This document shows, piece after piece, positions 1 through 9,845 of a stretch of 64,000 nt of DNA. The stretch spans positions 768,317 through 832,316 of the forward strand of contig CP064968.1 of assembly GCA_016699245.1 (NCBI GenBank), in the 5' to 3' direction. The DNA is from Candidatus Kaiserbacteria bacterium. Its GTDB lineage: Bacteria > Patescibacteriota > Minisyncoccia > Phycocordibacterales > UBA918. A program made the translations under genes and the position numbers. The notes under the pieces are model-generated. The model ran no database searches and was not told where the DNA came from. It worked only from the letters and a program-made list of their open reading frames with translations. Within the stretch, counting starts at the first letter, position 1. Each line of letters opens with the position of its first letter.

Positions 1-10
1 CGTAGGTGAG

Positions 11-262
11 GTGGTAGCGCCACTTATGCTTATCATAGGTTTCCGCACTCGCTGTGCAGCAGGACTCATCGCCTTCACACTATTCATGGCAGTAGTTCTC
101 GCACATCTCGACCAAGTCTTTTCACTCGCCAAGATGGGTGGTGGGTACGCGCTTGAACTTCAAGCACTCTACTTCTTTAGTGCACTTACTCTTATAGGTC
201 TTGGCTCGGGCAAATATGCGCTTAAACCAGATAAGCCCTGTGAATGTTGCGAAGCAAAATAA
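11..262 (+). CDS. DoxX-like small membrane protein; the frame is open to the window edge, so it may be 5' partial
   Basis: Hydrophobic ORF with a DoxX-like C-terminus; a hairpin plus T-run terminator follows at 289-310. Confidence 0.4.
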   Translation: MVAPLMLIIGFRTRCAAGLIAFTLFMAVVLAHLDQVFSLAKMGGGYALELQALYFFSALTLIGLGSGKYALKPDKPCECCEAK

Positions 263-288
263 TCAACGACAGAATCATACTCTAATTC

Positions 289-310
289 AAAAGCCCCGCG
301 AGGGGTTTTT
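289..310 (+). terminator. Rho-independent terminator hairpin (aaaagccccgcgaggggttttt)
   Basis: GC stem plus T-run directly after the ORF ending at 262. Confidence 0.6.
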
Positions 311-460
311 GATAAATATCTTTTCACTCTTATTCAGAAAAAGTTTGACACAAAAAGAAAGTTGCCATACGATACAGAAAGTTGAATCCACCTCCAGTTC
401 TTGAACTGGTGTTCTTTATTTTTTCTATATGGTGTGGGACATATAGAGTATGAGGATGTC

Positions 461-682
461 ATGAACGCGTCAAAAGTGTACTTTGGAATTACCATACTGG
501 CAGTCATCATTGGTGTATTACAATTGTTGAATATTCTGTACTGGGGGATCGACAGTCTTACTCACCTCCGAGGACATAAGATCAACATCTGGGTGGTTGC
601 TTTTATCGATCTGATGTTCCTCGCGTACATCGGACTCACGGTAATCGGAGCATATAAGGAGCCTGCCCCGACACCAGAGTAA
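461..682 (+). CDS. Small membrane protein (2 predicted TM segments)
   Basis: ORF 401..682; I prefer the internal start at 461 (MNASK..) because gaggatg lies upstream; hydrophobic helices; the terminator-like hairpin gccccctgttttttcgggggc follows at ~703-725. Confidence 0.4.
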   Translation: MNASKVYFGITILAVIIGVLQLLNILYWGIDSLTHLRGHKINIWVVAFIDLMFLAYIGLTVIGAYKEPAPTPE

Positions 683-873
683 TCTCCTTCGCTCCCCCCT
701 ATTGGCCCCCTGTTTTTTCGGGGGCTTTCTCATATATGAGACGGTTTTATTTTCCCCCTGCGCTCAGGTATTTACAAACCATAATATATGGGGTATTATT
801 TTCTCAGTCAGTTATTTTAGTTCGAAGCATTCGTGCTTCTTTTTCAATGCAACAAAAATCTGTGAGGTGAGAA

Positions 874-1296
874 ATGGGAAATGATGAAGAAAAAAGACTT
901 TGCGTTACAATCTACAATCCTCCATGTGAGATTTCAGAAAGTACAGCAGAGACGCTAAACAAGATTCACGTACTTGCTGCGCAAGCAATTAGCGAAAAGT
1001 TGGCAATCGATCTGGACAGAATCAAAGTCCGGTCAATACACCAGTGCACCAAGACGAGCAGGTATCGTCACGGATTGCATTCCACATTATTGGTCCATTG
1101 CAACTGGTCCGATGGGTTGGATAACCGCTCAAGGGACAAGCAAGTTCAATCTGTGGTATTTCCGATTATCGGGGACCATTTTGGGGAAGAATACGACCCA
1201 CAGTCAAAGAAAGCACTCATGTACAAAGGCAATGAGGCACTGTGGCTTATTCGAGACATTGCTTGGTTAGTCCTTGCTGGCCGAATAGCAGCCTAA
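874..1296 (+). CDS. Hypothetical protein
   Basis: 140-aa ORF with RBS gaggtgag upstream; a terminator follows at ~1320-1360. Confidence 0.45.
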   Translation: MGNDEEKRLCVTIYNPPCEISESTAETLNKIHVLAAQAISEKLAIDLDRIKVRSIHQCTKTSRYRHGLHSTLLVHCNWSDGLDNRSRDKQVQSVVFPIIGDHFGEEYDPQSKKALMYKGNEALWLIRDIAWLVLAGRIAA

Positions 1297-1319
1297 TAGC
1301 CCAACTGGTCCACCAACGT

Positions 1320-1360
1320 AAGCCGCCGTGTTCACTCACAGGCGGCTTCTTTATATCTTT
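1320..1360 (+). terminator. Rho-independent terminator (aagccgccgtg..cacaggcggctt plus T-run)
   Basis: Inverted repeat followed by ttctttatatcttttt. Confidence 0.6.
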
Positions 1361-1557
1361 TTATGTACATGAAAGTAATTTATATAATGCTTACACAAAC
1401 AAAAAACTAAGGGGATTAGTCCTCCAGATGACTTTTTGAGAATTGATACTGATATAACTATCTCACTTGGGTGAAGGTCTAATGTCTATAGAGCACAGCA
1501 TATGTACCTCTGCCTAACCAATACCTCAAAGCAATAAAACACATGTGTACTATCGGT

Positions 1558-2889
1558 TCATTTTTTGCTATTGAGTGAATACCAATCTAAGTCCCTCGTA
1601 ATGTACATCACTATAGCGAGCACACCAAACAAAAGTACTGAACCAAAGAGTAATGAATATTGGTCCATCTGAAGAAGGATATACAAATACCCATACAAGG
1701 CAGTGAGGAGTATCCCTATTGAGAAGGCACGCTTCTTCGCTTTGAGGACACTGAGACAGTAACCTGTAATCAATAGTGTCGTTGCAATTGCAGCGACAAA
1801 ATATGCAGGAAGAAACCCAATTATTTCAGCGAAGGAAAGGAGGAGCAGATAAAACAATGCGATAGCTAATCCCACGAGTAAGTACTGTAGGGGATGAATT
1901 CTTAAACCAGCCAACACCTCATACATGAAGAACGTGAGGAAAGTGAGACTGATAAATAGAATGGAATACTTAATAGATCGATCAATCATGGTGTACAAAT
2001 CAACCTCCTGATAGAGACCTACCCCAAATGATTTAGAAAGAAGTAATTCGTTGGTAACTATTGATGAATTACTGAGCCAGTACTGAGGTATGTTCTTGCC
2101 ATACGCGGTGATTTTCCACGTCGCTCCGAAACCATTTTCCGTAATAGTTCTTTCCTCGGGCAAAAACTCGCCCGTAAAGCTAGGTGCATTCCAATCTGAT
2201 TTTACGACAACACTTGTATTTTCTCCGAGTGGTAAAAAAGATATTTCACGACTTCCTTTGAGCGGTAAGGTAAACGAAAAAGGGTGGTTGGGTCGGCTAG
2301 GGTCTAGGTTGATATTTGTATGCACTCCACCGCCATCCAGTGTAGAAAAATCTGAAGAAGGCAACATCTGATAGGTGTTATTCGAAAGGATGAAATCAAA
2401 CATCGACGTAATACCACGCGTATCAGATACATTTATTGAGACTACTGCCTTATTCCATAGTATGCGTGTATCGGATGATTCTTGCAGTGCTATATCAGAA
2501 AGATCAAAATTACCGGTTCCACTCACGATAGTTGTGTAGACTGGGGTTTCGTACACACCTCTTGTGAGTAACTGGGTTTCAATGTTGCTTTCATAGGTCA
2601 ATGTCTCCGGTAAAAGGGTAAGGGTAGTTGTATTCACTACTCGTTCACCAGTGGTGGTGATGGTTGTTTTCTCTACCGGAACAGTGATTACTGGCCCCGC
2701 AATTACTTGCGGCCGACTCCATTGTTCAGAAATCTCATTGGAAGCAGTTTCTTGTCTATTTTCTCTATCTTGTATGACTCCCCATACAAACATGGTTGCT
2801 GCCCACGAAATAACCACGAGTACTGCAAGCGCTATAAGTTTACCAGTCAGATTGTTACTTGGGTGTGAATTGAGAGATATTTCATTCAT
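1558..2889 (-). CDS. creD: CreD-like inner membrane protein
   Basis: 443 aa; N-terminal TM segment, large periplasmic region and a C-terminal polytopic domain; N-terminal motifs (SWG..Q.IAGPVITVP) resemble the CreD family. Confidence 0.5.
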   Translation of the reverse strand: MNEISLNSHPSNNLTGKLIALAVLVVISWAATMFVWGVIQDRENRQETASNEISEQWSRPQVIAGPVITVPVEKTTITTTGERVVNTTTLTLLPETLTYESNIETQLLTRGVYETPVYTTIVSGTGNFDLSDIALQESSDTRILWNKAVVSINVSDTRGITSMFDFILSNNTYQMLPSSDFSTLDGGGVHTNINLDPSRPNHPFSFTLPLKGSREISFLPLGENTSVVVKSDWNAPSFTGEFLPEERTITENGFGATWKITAYGKNIPQYWLSNSSIVTNELLLSKSFGVGLYQEVDLYTMIDRSIKYSILFISLTFLTFFMYEVLAGLRIHPLQYLLVGLAIALFYLLLLSFAEIIGFLPAYFVAAIATTLLITGYCLSVLKAKKRAFSIGILLTALYGYLYILLQMDQYSLLFGSVLLFGVLAIVMYITRDLDWYSLNSKK

Positions 2890-3125
2890 GTTTGATATAT
2901 TTTATTACAGCCTATTCCGAAATTAATGCTCGTTCTCTCATTTTTAACCCCCAAACAGGTTTATTAGTTACGTTGGTTCAGTATGTTTTTTGTAATTATC
3001 ACCACTGATTTGATAGAACTCCTTGGATTTTTCAATAACTCTACAAATTGTGTTCCGAATGGCTTACTTAAAACGAAAACAGCCTCCTATGGAAAACTTA
3101 TGTCTTCGCCCAGGAAGCTGGTGAG

Positions 3126-3512
3126 TTAATCCCATTCATCTGATGGGTAGTGGAATGTGACGTAATAGCCCAATATTACGATGAGGATGCCGGCCAAAAT
3201 AAACGCGATGTGAAGAAAATTTGCTTGATCAGTTATATTCCTTTCGATTACAAAAATCCTGCTGAAAATAAACGAAATTGTGGTACCTATAACTACCACA
3301 ACAATTCCAGCACACCTGTGATCAACTCCCAAATACGAGTACTCGGTTCGTTTCCATAGACCAATACAGAAGAACCATATACTTGCACATAAAAGAAGTG
3401 CGTCACCGACGAAGGGTGGTCGTATCGGATAGAAATAGATGGTGCTAATGCTCAAGAAAAAAAGCACAACACCCACATACGTTACTAACTTCTTTTCGAC
3501 ATAAATTTGCAT
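3126..3512 (-). CDS. Small polytopic membrane protein
   Basis: 128-aa strongly hydrophobic ORF. Confidence 0.35.
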   Translation of the reverse strand: MQIYVEKKLVTYVGVVLFFLSISTIYFYPIRPPFVGDALLLCASIWFFCIGLWKRTEYSYLGVDHRCAGIVVVVIGTTISFIFSRIFVIERNITDQANFLHIAFILAGILIVILGYYVTFHYPSDEWD

Positions 3513-3665
3513 GGATCACCCCTTTTGCAAAGAACACCCAATCCAAGTTGGGAATAGAGAAAAGATACCTCATAATTTGATTTTGTCAAAAAATGCATCC
3601 GGGTCTTCCATAGAACCTGTCCACCCCGCACATACGAAAAAACCCGTGAGGGCTTATTTCATATG

Positions 3666-3736
3666 TGCGGGATGGGGGAATCGAACTCCCGACCAGAGTT
3701 TGGAAAACTCTTATTTTACCACTAAACTAATCCCGC
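3666..3736 (-). tRNA. tRNA-Gly (anticodon TCC)
   Basis: Reverse complement folds as a cloverleaf: GCGGGAT..GTTT/AAAT D-stem, AGAGT-TTTCCAA-ACTCT anticodon arm, GGGAG-TTCGATT-CCCCC T-arm (one mismatch); CCA is not encoded. Confidence 0.7.
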
Positions 3737-3805
3737 AATCATTTTGTATGAATCTTTCACACAAAGACAAATAAGTATACTAAATGTTGCACATTGGGCA
3801 ACGCT

Positions 3806-4546
3806 CTAATTACTTATTTCGGATGATTCTAGCACTTCTTGCATATATGCGCCAATCTGGCGTGCGAGCATTACTCCAAATGCTTTATTCCCTCTCGAAT
3901 GGACAGTAACGTGTGCTGTTCCATACGGATGAATACCACTTCTTTTCCTATCTTTTCCGACCCTCTTGTCAATACATACTGATTGTAATTGTGTTCTGGA
4001 AAAACCCGTCTTTTTCAACCAAAACTCCTCAGATTCATGAATATTTGAGTCGGGGTATAGATGTATCCTAATGGTGAAGTTTGTATGATCCAATCCGAAA
4101 GATTCAAGCCAGCGTATATATAAATTAATTACTCGATAATCACTATTTACTAATCGAGTGATATCATGTGTCTTACTTCCCTCTCCGATATAGGTGCCGA
4201 GTCCAAGGAAAAACAAGTCACGAAATGAGATAATTCCTATATCCTTTTTCGCTCTCTCCCTTGCCTCTTCATATGTTTTTTTCTTTGCCAGCGATTTTGT
4301 AAGCAAAGAAGCAGATCGTGCTTTACCAATCGCTGCGATTGTTTTTTTATTCGGTGTGTAAGGGATACGTGAAAGATGGTATGAAAGCGTACTTACAGAA
4401 AGTCCTGTTTTCTTGGCAATATGGGTATATGAATAACCACGTTCTCGAAGTTTGATTGCTGTATCCTTAGCACTCATTACAATAATTGTATCACCTGTTA
4501 CCCATCTGGTCATTACCATTCGAGTTGATATACGAGTGTTATACAA
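3806..4546 (-). CDS. HTH-domain protein with a LAGLIDADG-like motif (paralog 1 of 3); 70 bp upstream of tRNA-Gly(TCC) and co-oriented with it
   Basis: N-terminal HTH (LRERGYSYTHIAKKTGLSVSTLSYHL); central motif FFLGLGTYIGEGSK resembling LAGLIDADG; homologous to the ORFs at 11157..11819 and 12316..12993. Confidence 0.6.
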   Translation of the reverse strand: MYNTRISTRMVMTRWVTGDTIIVMSAKDTAIKLRERGYSYTHIAKKTGLSVSTLSYHLSRIPYTPNKKTIAAIGKARSASLLTKSLAKKKTYEEARERAKKDIGIISFRDLFFLGLGTYIGEGSKTHDITRLVNSDYRVINLYIRWLESFGLDHTNFTIRIHLYPDSNIHESEEFWLKKTGFSRTQLQSVCIDKRVGKDRKRSGIHPYGTAHVTVHSRGNKAFGVMLARQIGAYMQEVLESSEISN

Positions 4547-4553
4547 TCAGTCA

Positions 4554-5702
4554 AATATGGTCGTGCTTACATTTCTTCAAAACATTGTCGTATCAGTGCT
4601 TGTAGGCTACCTCAGTATTACAAATACCCTCGCTGGGCATATTGAATCATTTTTTGAGTCTCCTCAAAGAGAGGAAGTTTTGGCGGAGGCAGAAACGACT
4701 CTCACAAAGGACGTCCTCACCGAAATTGCCCCTACCGGGGACTCATTTAGGGGAGCAATTCCAAAAATCCTTCTCGAACATGCCGAGTACCAGCGTGCTG
4801 CCGTCCTCGCGAGTAAACAAGACGAAAATATGCCCACATCTATTGGCGATGTACCTCTTGAGGAAGCAATAGAAAATGCACTTGTGAATATTTATTGTCA
4901 GTATAAAACTGATGAATACATTCGCACTACCACGGGTACTGGCTTTTTCATCAATCAAAAAGGAGTTATTCTGACCAATGCCCATGTAGCACAGTTTCTA
5001 CTTCTCAAAGAAATTAAGGGGGTTACTGACGATATTGAGTGTGTCATTCGTTCAGGGAATCCCGCCTCGCCAAAATACGTGGCAGAACTTTTATATATTT
5101 CACCCACCTGGGTATTTAAAAATTCTGAAGTGGTCGTGGATGAATCTCCGCGTGGTACGGGCGAGCGTGATTATGCACTTTTATATATAGCAAAAAGCAC
5201 TAACGGCACTCCCCTTCCCATCCGCTTCCCTACCCTTCCTATAGACACTACGCTTCTCTCACGAGAGACCGAAGGTCTCGAGGTATTCACTGCAGGATAT
5301 CCTGCAGAAGAACTCATGCGTCGGGGCGCAGATGCAGAACTGTATCCCGTCCTTGCTCCTACGCAAATTAATGCACTCTACACCTTCGGAAGTAACTATG
5401 CAGACCTCTTTTCAATCTCAGCATCTCCTGTAGGGGAGCATGGGGCCTCAGGTGGACCCATTGTGAATGTATGGAGTCAACGTGCGATTGGGCTTATCGT
5501 CACCAAAGGTGATATTGCTGAGGGAGAAAAAAGTCTTCGGGCACTTACCCTTTCCTACGTCGATCGTACCATCATAGAAGAAACGGGCTTTTCTCTCTCA
5601 CAAAACATGCAAGGAGATATTGCCTATCGTGGACTCATTTTTAACAAAGCAATGGCACCTTTTCTGTCAGATATTTTAATGGATGAATTGCAAGGAGAAT
5701 AA
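4554..5702 (+). CDS. Trypsin-like (S1 family) serine protease, membrane-anchored
   Basis: His motif TNAHV and Ser motif GASGGPI; N-terminal TM anchor; the ORF as given starts at 4452, but an internal Met at 4554 avoids overlap with the divergent gene. Confidence 0.7.
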   Translation, partial: NMVVLTFLQNIVVSVLVGYLSITNTLAGHIESFFESPQREEVLAEAETTLTKDVLTEIAPTGDSFRGAIPKILLEHAEYQRAAVLASKQDENMPTSIGDVPLEEAIENALVNIYCQYKTDEYIRTTTGTGFFINQKGVILTNAHVAQFLLLKEIKGVTDDIECVIRSGNPASPKYVAELLYISPTWVFKNSEVVVDESPRGTGERDYALLYIAKSTNGTPLPIRFPTLPIDTTLLSRETEGLEVFTAGYPAEELMRRGADAELYPVLAPTQINALYTFGSNYADLFSISASPVGEHGASGGPIVNVWSQRAIGLIVTKGDIAEGEKSLRALTLSYVDRTIIEETGFSLSQNMQGDIAYRGLIFNKAMAPFLSDILMDELQGE

Positions 5703-5750
5703 AACAAGCCCCGACACCACTGGTGTCGGGGCTTGTATATATCAAGTTTA

Positions 5751-7088
5751 TTATTCTACTTCAGGGAGTATTACTTCTGTTGAAGTGCTTGTTTCCTCGA
5801 CTGGATCTACAACCTCCCCTTCTACTGGTGGGAGTACCGGTACTTCTCCTGTTACTTCACTTGGCTTAGTGAGAGAATCAATATCAATCATAAGTGCGCT
5901 TGCTTCCTTAATTGCCACCTCAGCAGCAGAAATCTCCCCTGTCTCAAGAGCCACTGTTGTCTGAAGCATGAGTGTATCTATCTGTGTGAGTGCCTCGTTC
6001 ACTTTCTCTACAATTCCAGGCTCAGCAAGTGTGATGAGGCGTTCAGTGACTTGAATTTTTAAACCATTCAATACTTCGATTTCGCTCTTCACCATCTCAG
6101 TTCGTTCGATATCGCTAAGCATCACTGGTACGAGATCAGCAAGCGACACCGTTTCACGCACATCAATATCAGACATAAAAGCCACGAGTTTCTGCAGGAG
6201 CCCCAAGGTAGCAGCCAAATCGCCTGTAGCAGCCTCTGAATGATCGTCGTGCACCTGTTTCGCCTCTTCGGTCAAGCGATTGATATCACTCAAACGACGA
6301 TCGATATCGCTAATTTCTTCTTCGGTTGCTGATCTTTTGATTGTGATAAAGAGTTCAAAAGCACGTGTGGTTTCACGCTCTACCTGTGCCATTAGTCCTT
6401 CGTATGAAGCAGTGTTTTCTACCTGACTTTCTATTACACCTTCACGCGCATCATTCATCACCACCATAATAGATTCCACGAGAGAATCATCTTCGATTTC
6501 TGTATCTGCACCAAGCATTGCAGACTGGACCTCGAGTGACGCATTAAAAGAAATCTCTGCAATAGCAGCACCTTCAGCATCCTGCGTACGAAGTTCCACA
6601 AGTCCCGCTTGTACTGCAGTGGTGTGTTCCTTCACGGTATCGGTAATCTGTTGCTTCACTTCTTCGGTCAACTTACCTTCACTCGCAAGCACTCGCGCTT
6701 CGGTAATACGACGCTCCATGAGTTTGGTCTCGAATTCAATTTTTTCGTACGGTGAATTGGCAAGTTGTCCCTGCACTGTTTCATTCACTCCCGTCTTTAC
6801 CAAATACAACACATCACCAGGCATTGATTGCTCTGCAAAAAATGGTGCCGCGATAATAAAGAGAGCAAATATCCCGCCTGCTACACGCATATAGATTTTA
6901 TTAAAATGCACCACCATAAATGATTCCGAAGGAACACTCTGTGCAAGTGCTCGCATGTCGGTCATCTGCTTTGGAAGTGGATGGTACTCCATGTATGCAA
7001 AAATACGCTCACGAAGTTCGGTACGTTCCGACGCTTTCATGTGCGTTTTGTCTGTATATTTTTTTAGTTCTGTTTCAAATGATTTCAT
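5751..7088 (-). CDS. Anti-sigma factor-like protein (single TM, long acidic coiled-coil ectodomain)
   Basis: Start overlaps the sigma-gene stop (ATGA); short cytoplasmic N-terminus, one TM segment (GGIFALFIIAAPFF), long acidic extracytoplasmic region. Confidence 0.5.
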   Translation of the reverse strand: MKSFETELKKYTDKTHMKASERTELRERIFAYMEYHPLPKQMTDMRALAQSVPSESFMVVHFNKIYMRVAGGIFALFIIAAPFFAEQSMPGDVLYLVKTGVNETVQGQLANSPYEKIEFETKLMERRITEARVLASEGKLTEEVKQQITDTVKEHTTAVQAGLVELRTQDAEGAAIAEISFNASLEVQSAMLGADTEIEDDSLVESIMVVMNDAREGVIESQVENTASYEGLMAQVERETTRAFELFITIKRSATEEEISDIDRRLSDINRLTEEAKQVHDDHSEAATGDLAATLGLLQKLVAFMSDIDVRETVSLADLVPVMLSDIERTEMVKSEIEVLNGLKIQVTERLITLAEPGIVEKVNEALTQIDTLMLQTTVALETGEISAAEVAIKEASALMIDIDSLTKPSEVTGEVPVLPPVEGEVVDPVEETSTSTEVILPEVE

Positions 7089-7735
7089 GTTTTCTTTGTG
7101 CGGTTTTCGTGTGCTGCTGCTTCGCGTTCAGTAATCATATCCTTGAGTGTCTTCAATCCGCGATGTATACGTACCGAAACAACGTTTTCAGACTCTTCAA
7201 TAAGTTCGCTGATTTCTTTTGGTCCAAGTCCATCCACAAAACGAAGCGTGAGAACCTCTCGGTACACAAGGGGAAGTTCCTGGAGAAGTAAGCTTGCTTT
7301 CTGTGCATCGAGCGTAAAAGTAACCTCCGCAATACTTCCTCCCTGCAATTCTGGAAATGAGCCCTCATCAACCCCTTCCTCTGCGAGGATTGCATCAAGT
7401 GAAAGTTCCTTTCGTTTACGATACTCATCAATAATGAGGTTATTCATTACTTTGTACAGAAAAGGCTTGTATGAGTCTATCTCGTGACCCCCACGAATAT
7501 ATCCCCACACTTTTGTGAATGTATCATGCACGATTTCGATTGCTCGTTCTCGGTCTGAGAGTCGATATACTGCATGTCGGAATAGTGCATCTGCATATTC
7601 ATCAAATGCTTTCAAAAAACGATCCTCGTAGGACACTACGCTGGAATCCCTGACTGTTTTCCTTTTTGCCGGTTGTTTTGGCGCCATGTGGAAACCATTA
7701 TAAGCGAAGACGAGTGAAAAACCCACTTCTTTCAT
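7085..7735 (-). CDS. ECF-type RNA polymerase sigma-70 factor
   Basis: Sigma-70 region 2 (DTFTKVWGYI) and region 4 (REVLTLRFVDGLGPKEISELI) motifs. Confidence 0.8.
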   Translation of the reverse strand: MKEVGFSLVFAYNGFHMAPKQPAKRKTVRDSSVVSYEDRFLKAFDEYADALFRHAVYRLSDRERAIEIVHDTFTKVWGYIRGGHEIDSYKPFLYKVMNNLIIDEYRKRKELSLDAILAEEGVDEGSFPELQGGSIAEVTFTLDAQKASLLLQELPLVYREVLTLRFVDGLGPKEISELIEESENVVSVRIHRGLKTLKDMITEREAAAHENRTKKT

Positions 7736-7764
7736 AGAATTGCAATAAATAGCCTATTTCTTTA

Positions 7765-8688
7765 TTAAATCCAACGATTTGACTTGAAAAAGTATACCGT
7801 TCCAGAAACAGCAGTAACCACGAACGCTGCAACGTACAGAAAAGCATGTGGATTATCTTGAAATGGAAGTGGGATATTCATACCAAAAATCGAAGATATA
7901 AGGGTTGGAATTGTGAGTACAATCGTAAATGCAGTGAGACGGCGGATTGTAGCGTTAAGATTTTGGGTCAAAATAGACTCACTTGCACTTCGAATATTTT
8001 GAATAGTCTTTAAAATAGACTTTGCAGAGTCAATAAGCTGCGCAGTTTCAATAATAAGGTCTTCGAGTAACTCCCTATCCTCACTAAACATTTGGATATA
8101 GTTCCCTTTCGTGAGTTGTTGGAGCCATTCTTGAGTGGGTACGAGCGCAGACATTATTTCATTCAGTTCCTGTTCCAAAAATACCAAACGTTGAATGTCG
8201 CGACTGCGAATATCACGAATGCGTCCCATGTCGCGATACACCATTTTGCGCATGCGGGTCAACTTTTTTTCATAGGTAGCCTCAATTTCTGAGAGAAATT
8301 GAAGAAAAAGTGCTGTTTTTTGAACAGTTGAATAATCCCTCTTGCCTGCTATGAGTGGGTCAAGGAACGGCGTTTCCTGGTTTGCAATCGTAATAAGAAA
8401 CGTCTCGCCAAGAATTATGAGAATTGGCGCAGTTTCAATATCAATATCCTGCACATCAAAGGGGTAACGGGTGAAAAAATATGATATTGAGCCATCTTTT
8501 TCAAAACGTGGCACCTCAAAGACGTCCCGACTATCATCAATAATAGCCTCATCAAAACCATACTTTTCAATGAGTTCCTTAAGTTCTTCATCAGTAGGCT
8601 TCACTACATGTGTCCACACACCAGCTTTCGCCTCCAAAACGGTTTCGACTTCTGTGGAGTCACTTTGGCGAAAATAATGCGTTATCAT
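7765..8688 (-). CDS. corA: CorA-family Mg2+/Co2+ transporter
   Basis: C-terminal two-TM domain with the GMN motif (FGMNIPLPF). Confidence 0.8.
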   Translation of the reverse strand: MITHYFRQSDSTEVETVLEAKAGVWTHVVKPTDEELKELIEKYGFDEAIIDDSRDVFEVPRFEKDGSISYFFTRYPFDVQDIDIETAPILIILGETFLITIANQETPFLDPLIAGKRDYSTVQKTALFLQFLSEIEATYEKKLTRMRKMVYRDMGRIRDIRSRDIQRLVFLEQELNEIMSALVPTQEWLQQLTKGNYIQMFSEDRELLEDLIIETAQLIDSAKSILKTIQNIRSASESILTQNLNATIRRLTAFTIVLTIPTLISSIFGMNIPLPFQDNPHAFLYVAAFVVTAVSGTVYFFKSNRWI

Positions 8689-8863
8689 AATCTACAGTGT
8701 ATATCAGAAACGAAATAAACCTGCAATGTTTTGCTTTCATATTGTGTACAACCTCGCATTTTTTTGAAAGGAATGCTATTATCGGGGTCATGAAATCGGT
8801 ATGGTGCTGGTTTCGTGTTGAAAAAATTACTTTTCCAGTTCTTGTTCACAAAGGAGGTCTGCA

Positions 8864-9148
8864 ATGAAATTCCGCCAAGGAATTATTCGTACTCTTGTTA
8901 AGTCAGTGATTGACGATTTACTCTACAATGTTCGCCAACTTCCAGGAAAGATCAAGCGTCAACTCTGGAATAAACGCATACTTTTGTGGTGGTCTCGTCT
9001 CTGGATTCGCAAAGACGAGTTTCATTCATCGCTCAGTTTAGATACATCCGCGATGATAGAAATGACCAAAGACGAGTTAGCTGTGTATCTCAGAGACATC
9101 GTGAGAAGACGCAATATTGCACACAACAGAGACTTAGAGGGTTCTTAG
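8864..9148 (+). CDS. Hypothetical protein
   Basis: Strong RBS aaggagg upstream; terminator hairpin at 9154-9178. Confidence 0.45.
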   Translation: MKFRQGIIRTLVKSVIDDLLYNVRQLPGKIKRQLWNKRILLWWSRLWIRKDEFHSSLSLDTSAMIEMTKDELAVYLRDIVRRRNIAHNRDLEGS

Positions 9149-9153
9149 TCTCA

Positions 9154-9178
9154 GGGGAAGCTTGTCTTCCCCGCTTTT
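9154..9178 (+). terminator. Rho-independent terminator (ggggaagcttgtcttcccc plus T-run)
   Basis: Stem-loop followed by gctttt. Confidence 0.55.
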
Positions 9179-9212
9179 AAAGTAAAATCTAAAAGTTTTA
9201 CATCGGGGTGTA

Positions 9213-9364
9213 TCTTCGCCTAACGGCTCGATACATTCCCTCTTCGCTCGGAAATCAAAAAGTCTGTGCTTCGCACACATCCTCTCAGGAATGTTTTAAA
9301 ATCAAGCGAGCTTTATTTTAAAACATTCCTGAGAGGATGACCGACACTTTTTGATTCCTCTCGC
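9213..9364. repeat. 152-bp highly structured insertion, a nested palindrome, flanked by a 14-bp direct duplication (tacatcggggtgta) of the tRNA-Pro 5' end
   Basis: Direct repeats at 9199-9212 and 9365-9378; perfect 25-bp inverted repeats at 9278-9302 and 9315-9339; outer arms at 9250-9264 and 9343-9358. Confidence 0.55.
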
Positions 9365-9369
9365 TACAT

Positions 9370-9440
9370 CGGGGTGTAGCATAGTGGTAGTGTACTCGGT
9401 TTGGGACCGAGTGGTCCGGGTTCGATTCCCGGCTCCCCGA
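9370..9440 (+). tRNA. tRNA-Pro (anticodon TGG)
   Basis: C1:G72 acceptor end, which is characteristic of bacterial tRNA-Pro; CTCGG-TTTGGGA-CCGAG anticodon arm with G37; CCGGG-TTCGATT-CCCGG T-arm; one T-T mismatch in the acceptor stem; CCA is not encoded. Confidence 0.65.
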
Positions 9441-9829
9441 CAAATACTAAAATACCAGTCTTTTGACTGGTATTTTAGTATTCTGTCGCTAGGGAATCGA
9501 AGCTGATGCGAGAAATTTTTCGAGTGAAGCGAAGAAAAATATCCGCATCGGGTACTGAAACTGTAAGTTTCGATATTCCCGGCTCCCCGACAAAAAACGC
9601 AAAAGCCCTGATTTCTCAGGGCTTTTGCGTTTTTTGTCGGGGAGAGGAAGCAAACAATTTTGCTTCCGTCCGGAATCGAACGCCGGAACGATGTGAGTTT
9701 ACGAACGAGTGAGGCGTGTCCCGCGGCACTTAGCGAGTTTACGAGCTTAGTGACCGTCAGGACGATTCCCGGCTCCCCGACAAAATATACGAAAGGCCGC
9801 TAGTCACAACTAGCGGCCTTTCGTATATT
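9424..9829 (+). repeat. Three tandem copies of the tRNA-Pro 3' end (gattcccggctccccgacaaa), each followed by a different perfect terminator hairpin
   Basis: Copies at 9424-9444 (the real tRNA end), 9572-9595 and 9764-9785; hairpins at 9443-9482, 9592-9637 and 9784-9829. Confidence 0.6.
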
Positions 9830-9845
9830 CAATCACATATTAATC

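Noticed and set aside
9640-9760. Possible additional tRNA on the minus strand (ccggaatcgaacgccgg resembles a reverse-complemented T-arm)
   Set aside because: It cannot be folded into a cloverleaf. The T-loop would be 9 nt and there is no matching acceptor stem. It is more likely a decayed tRNA remnant within the repeat units.
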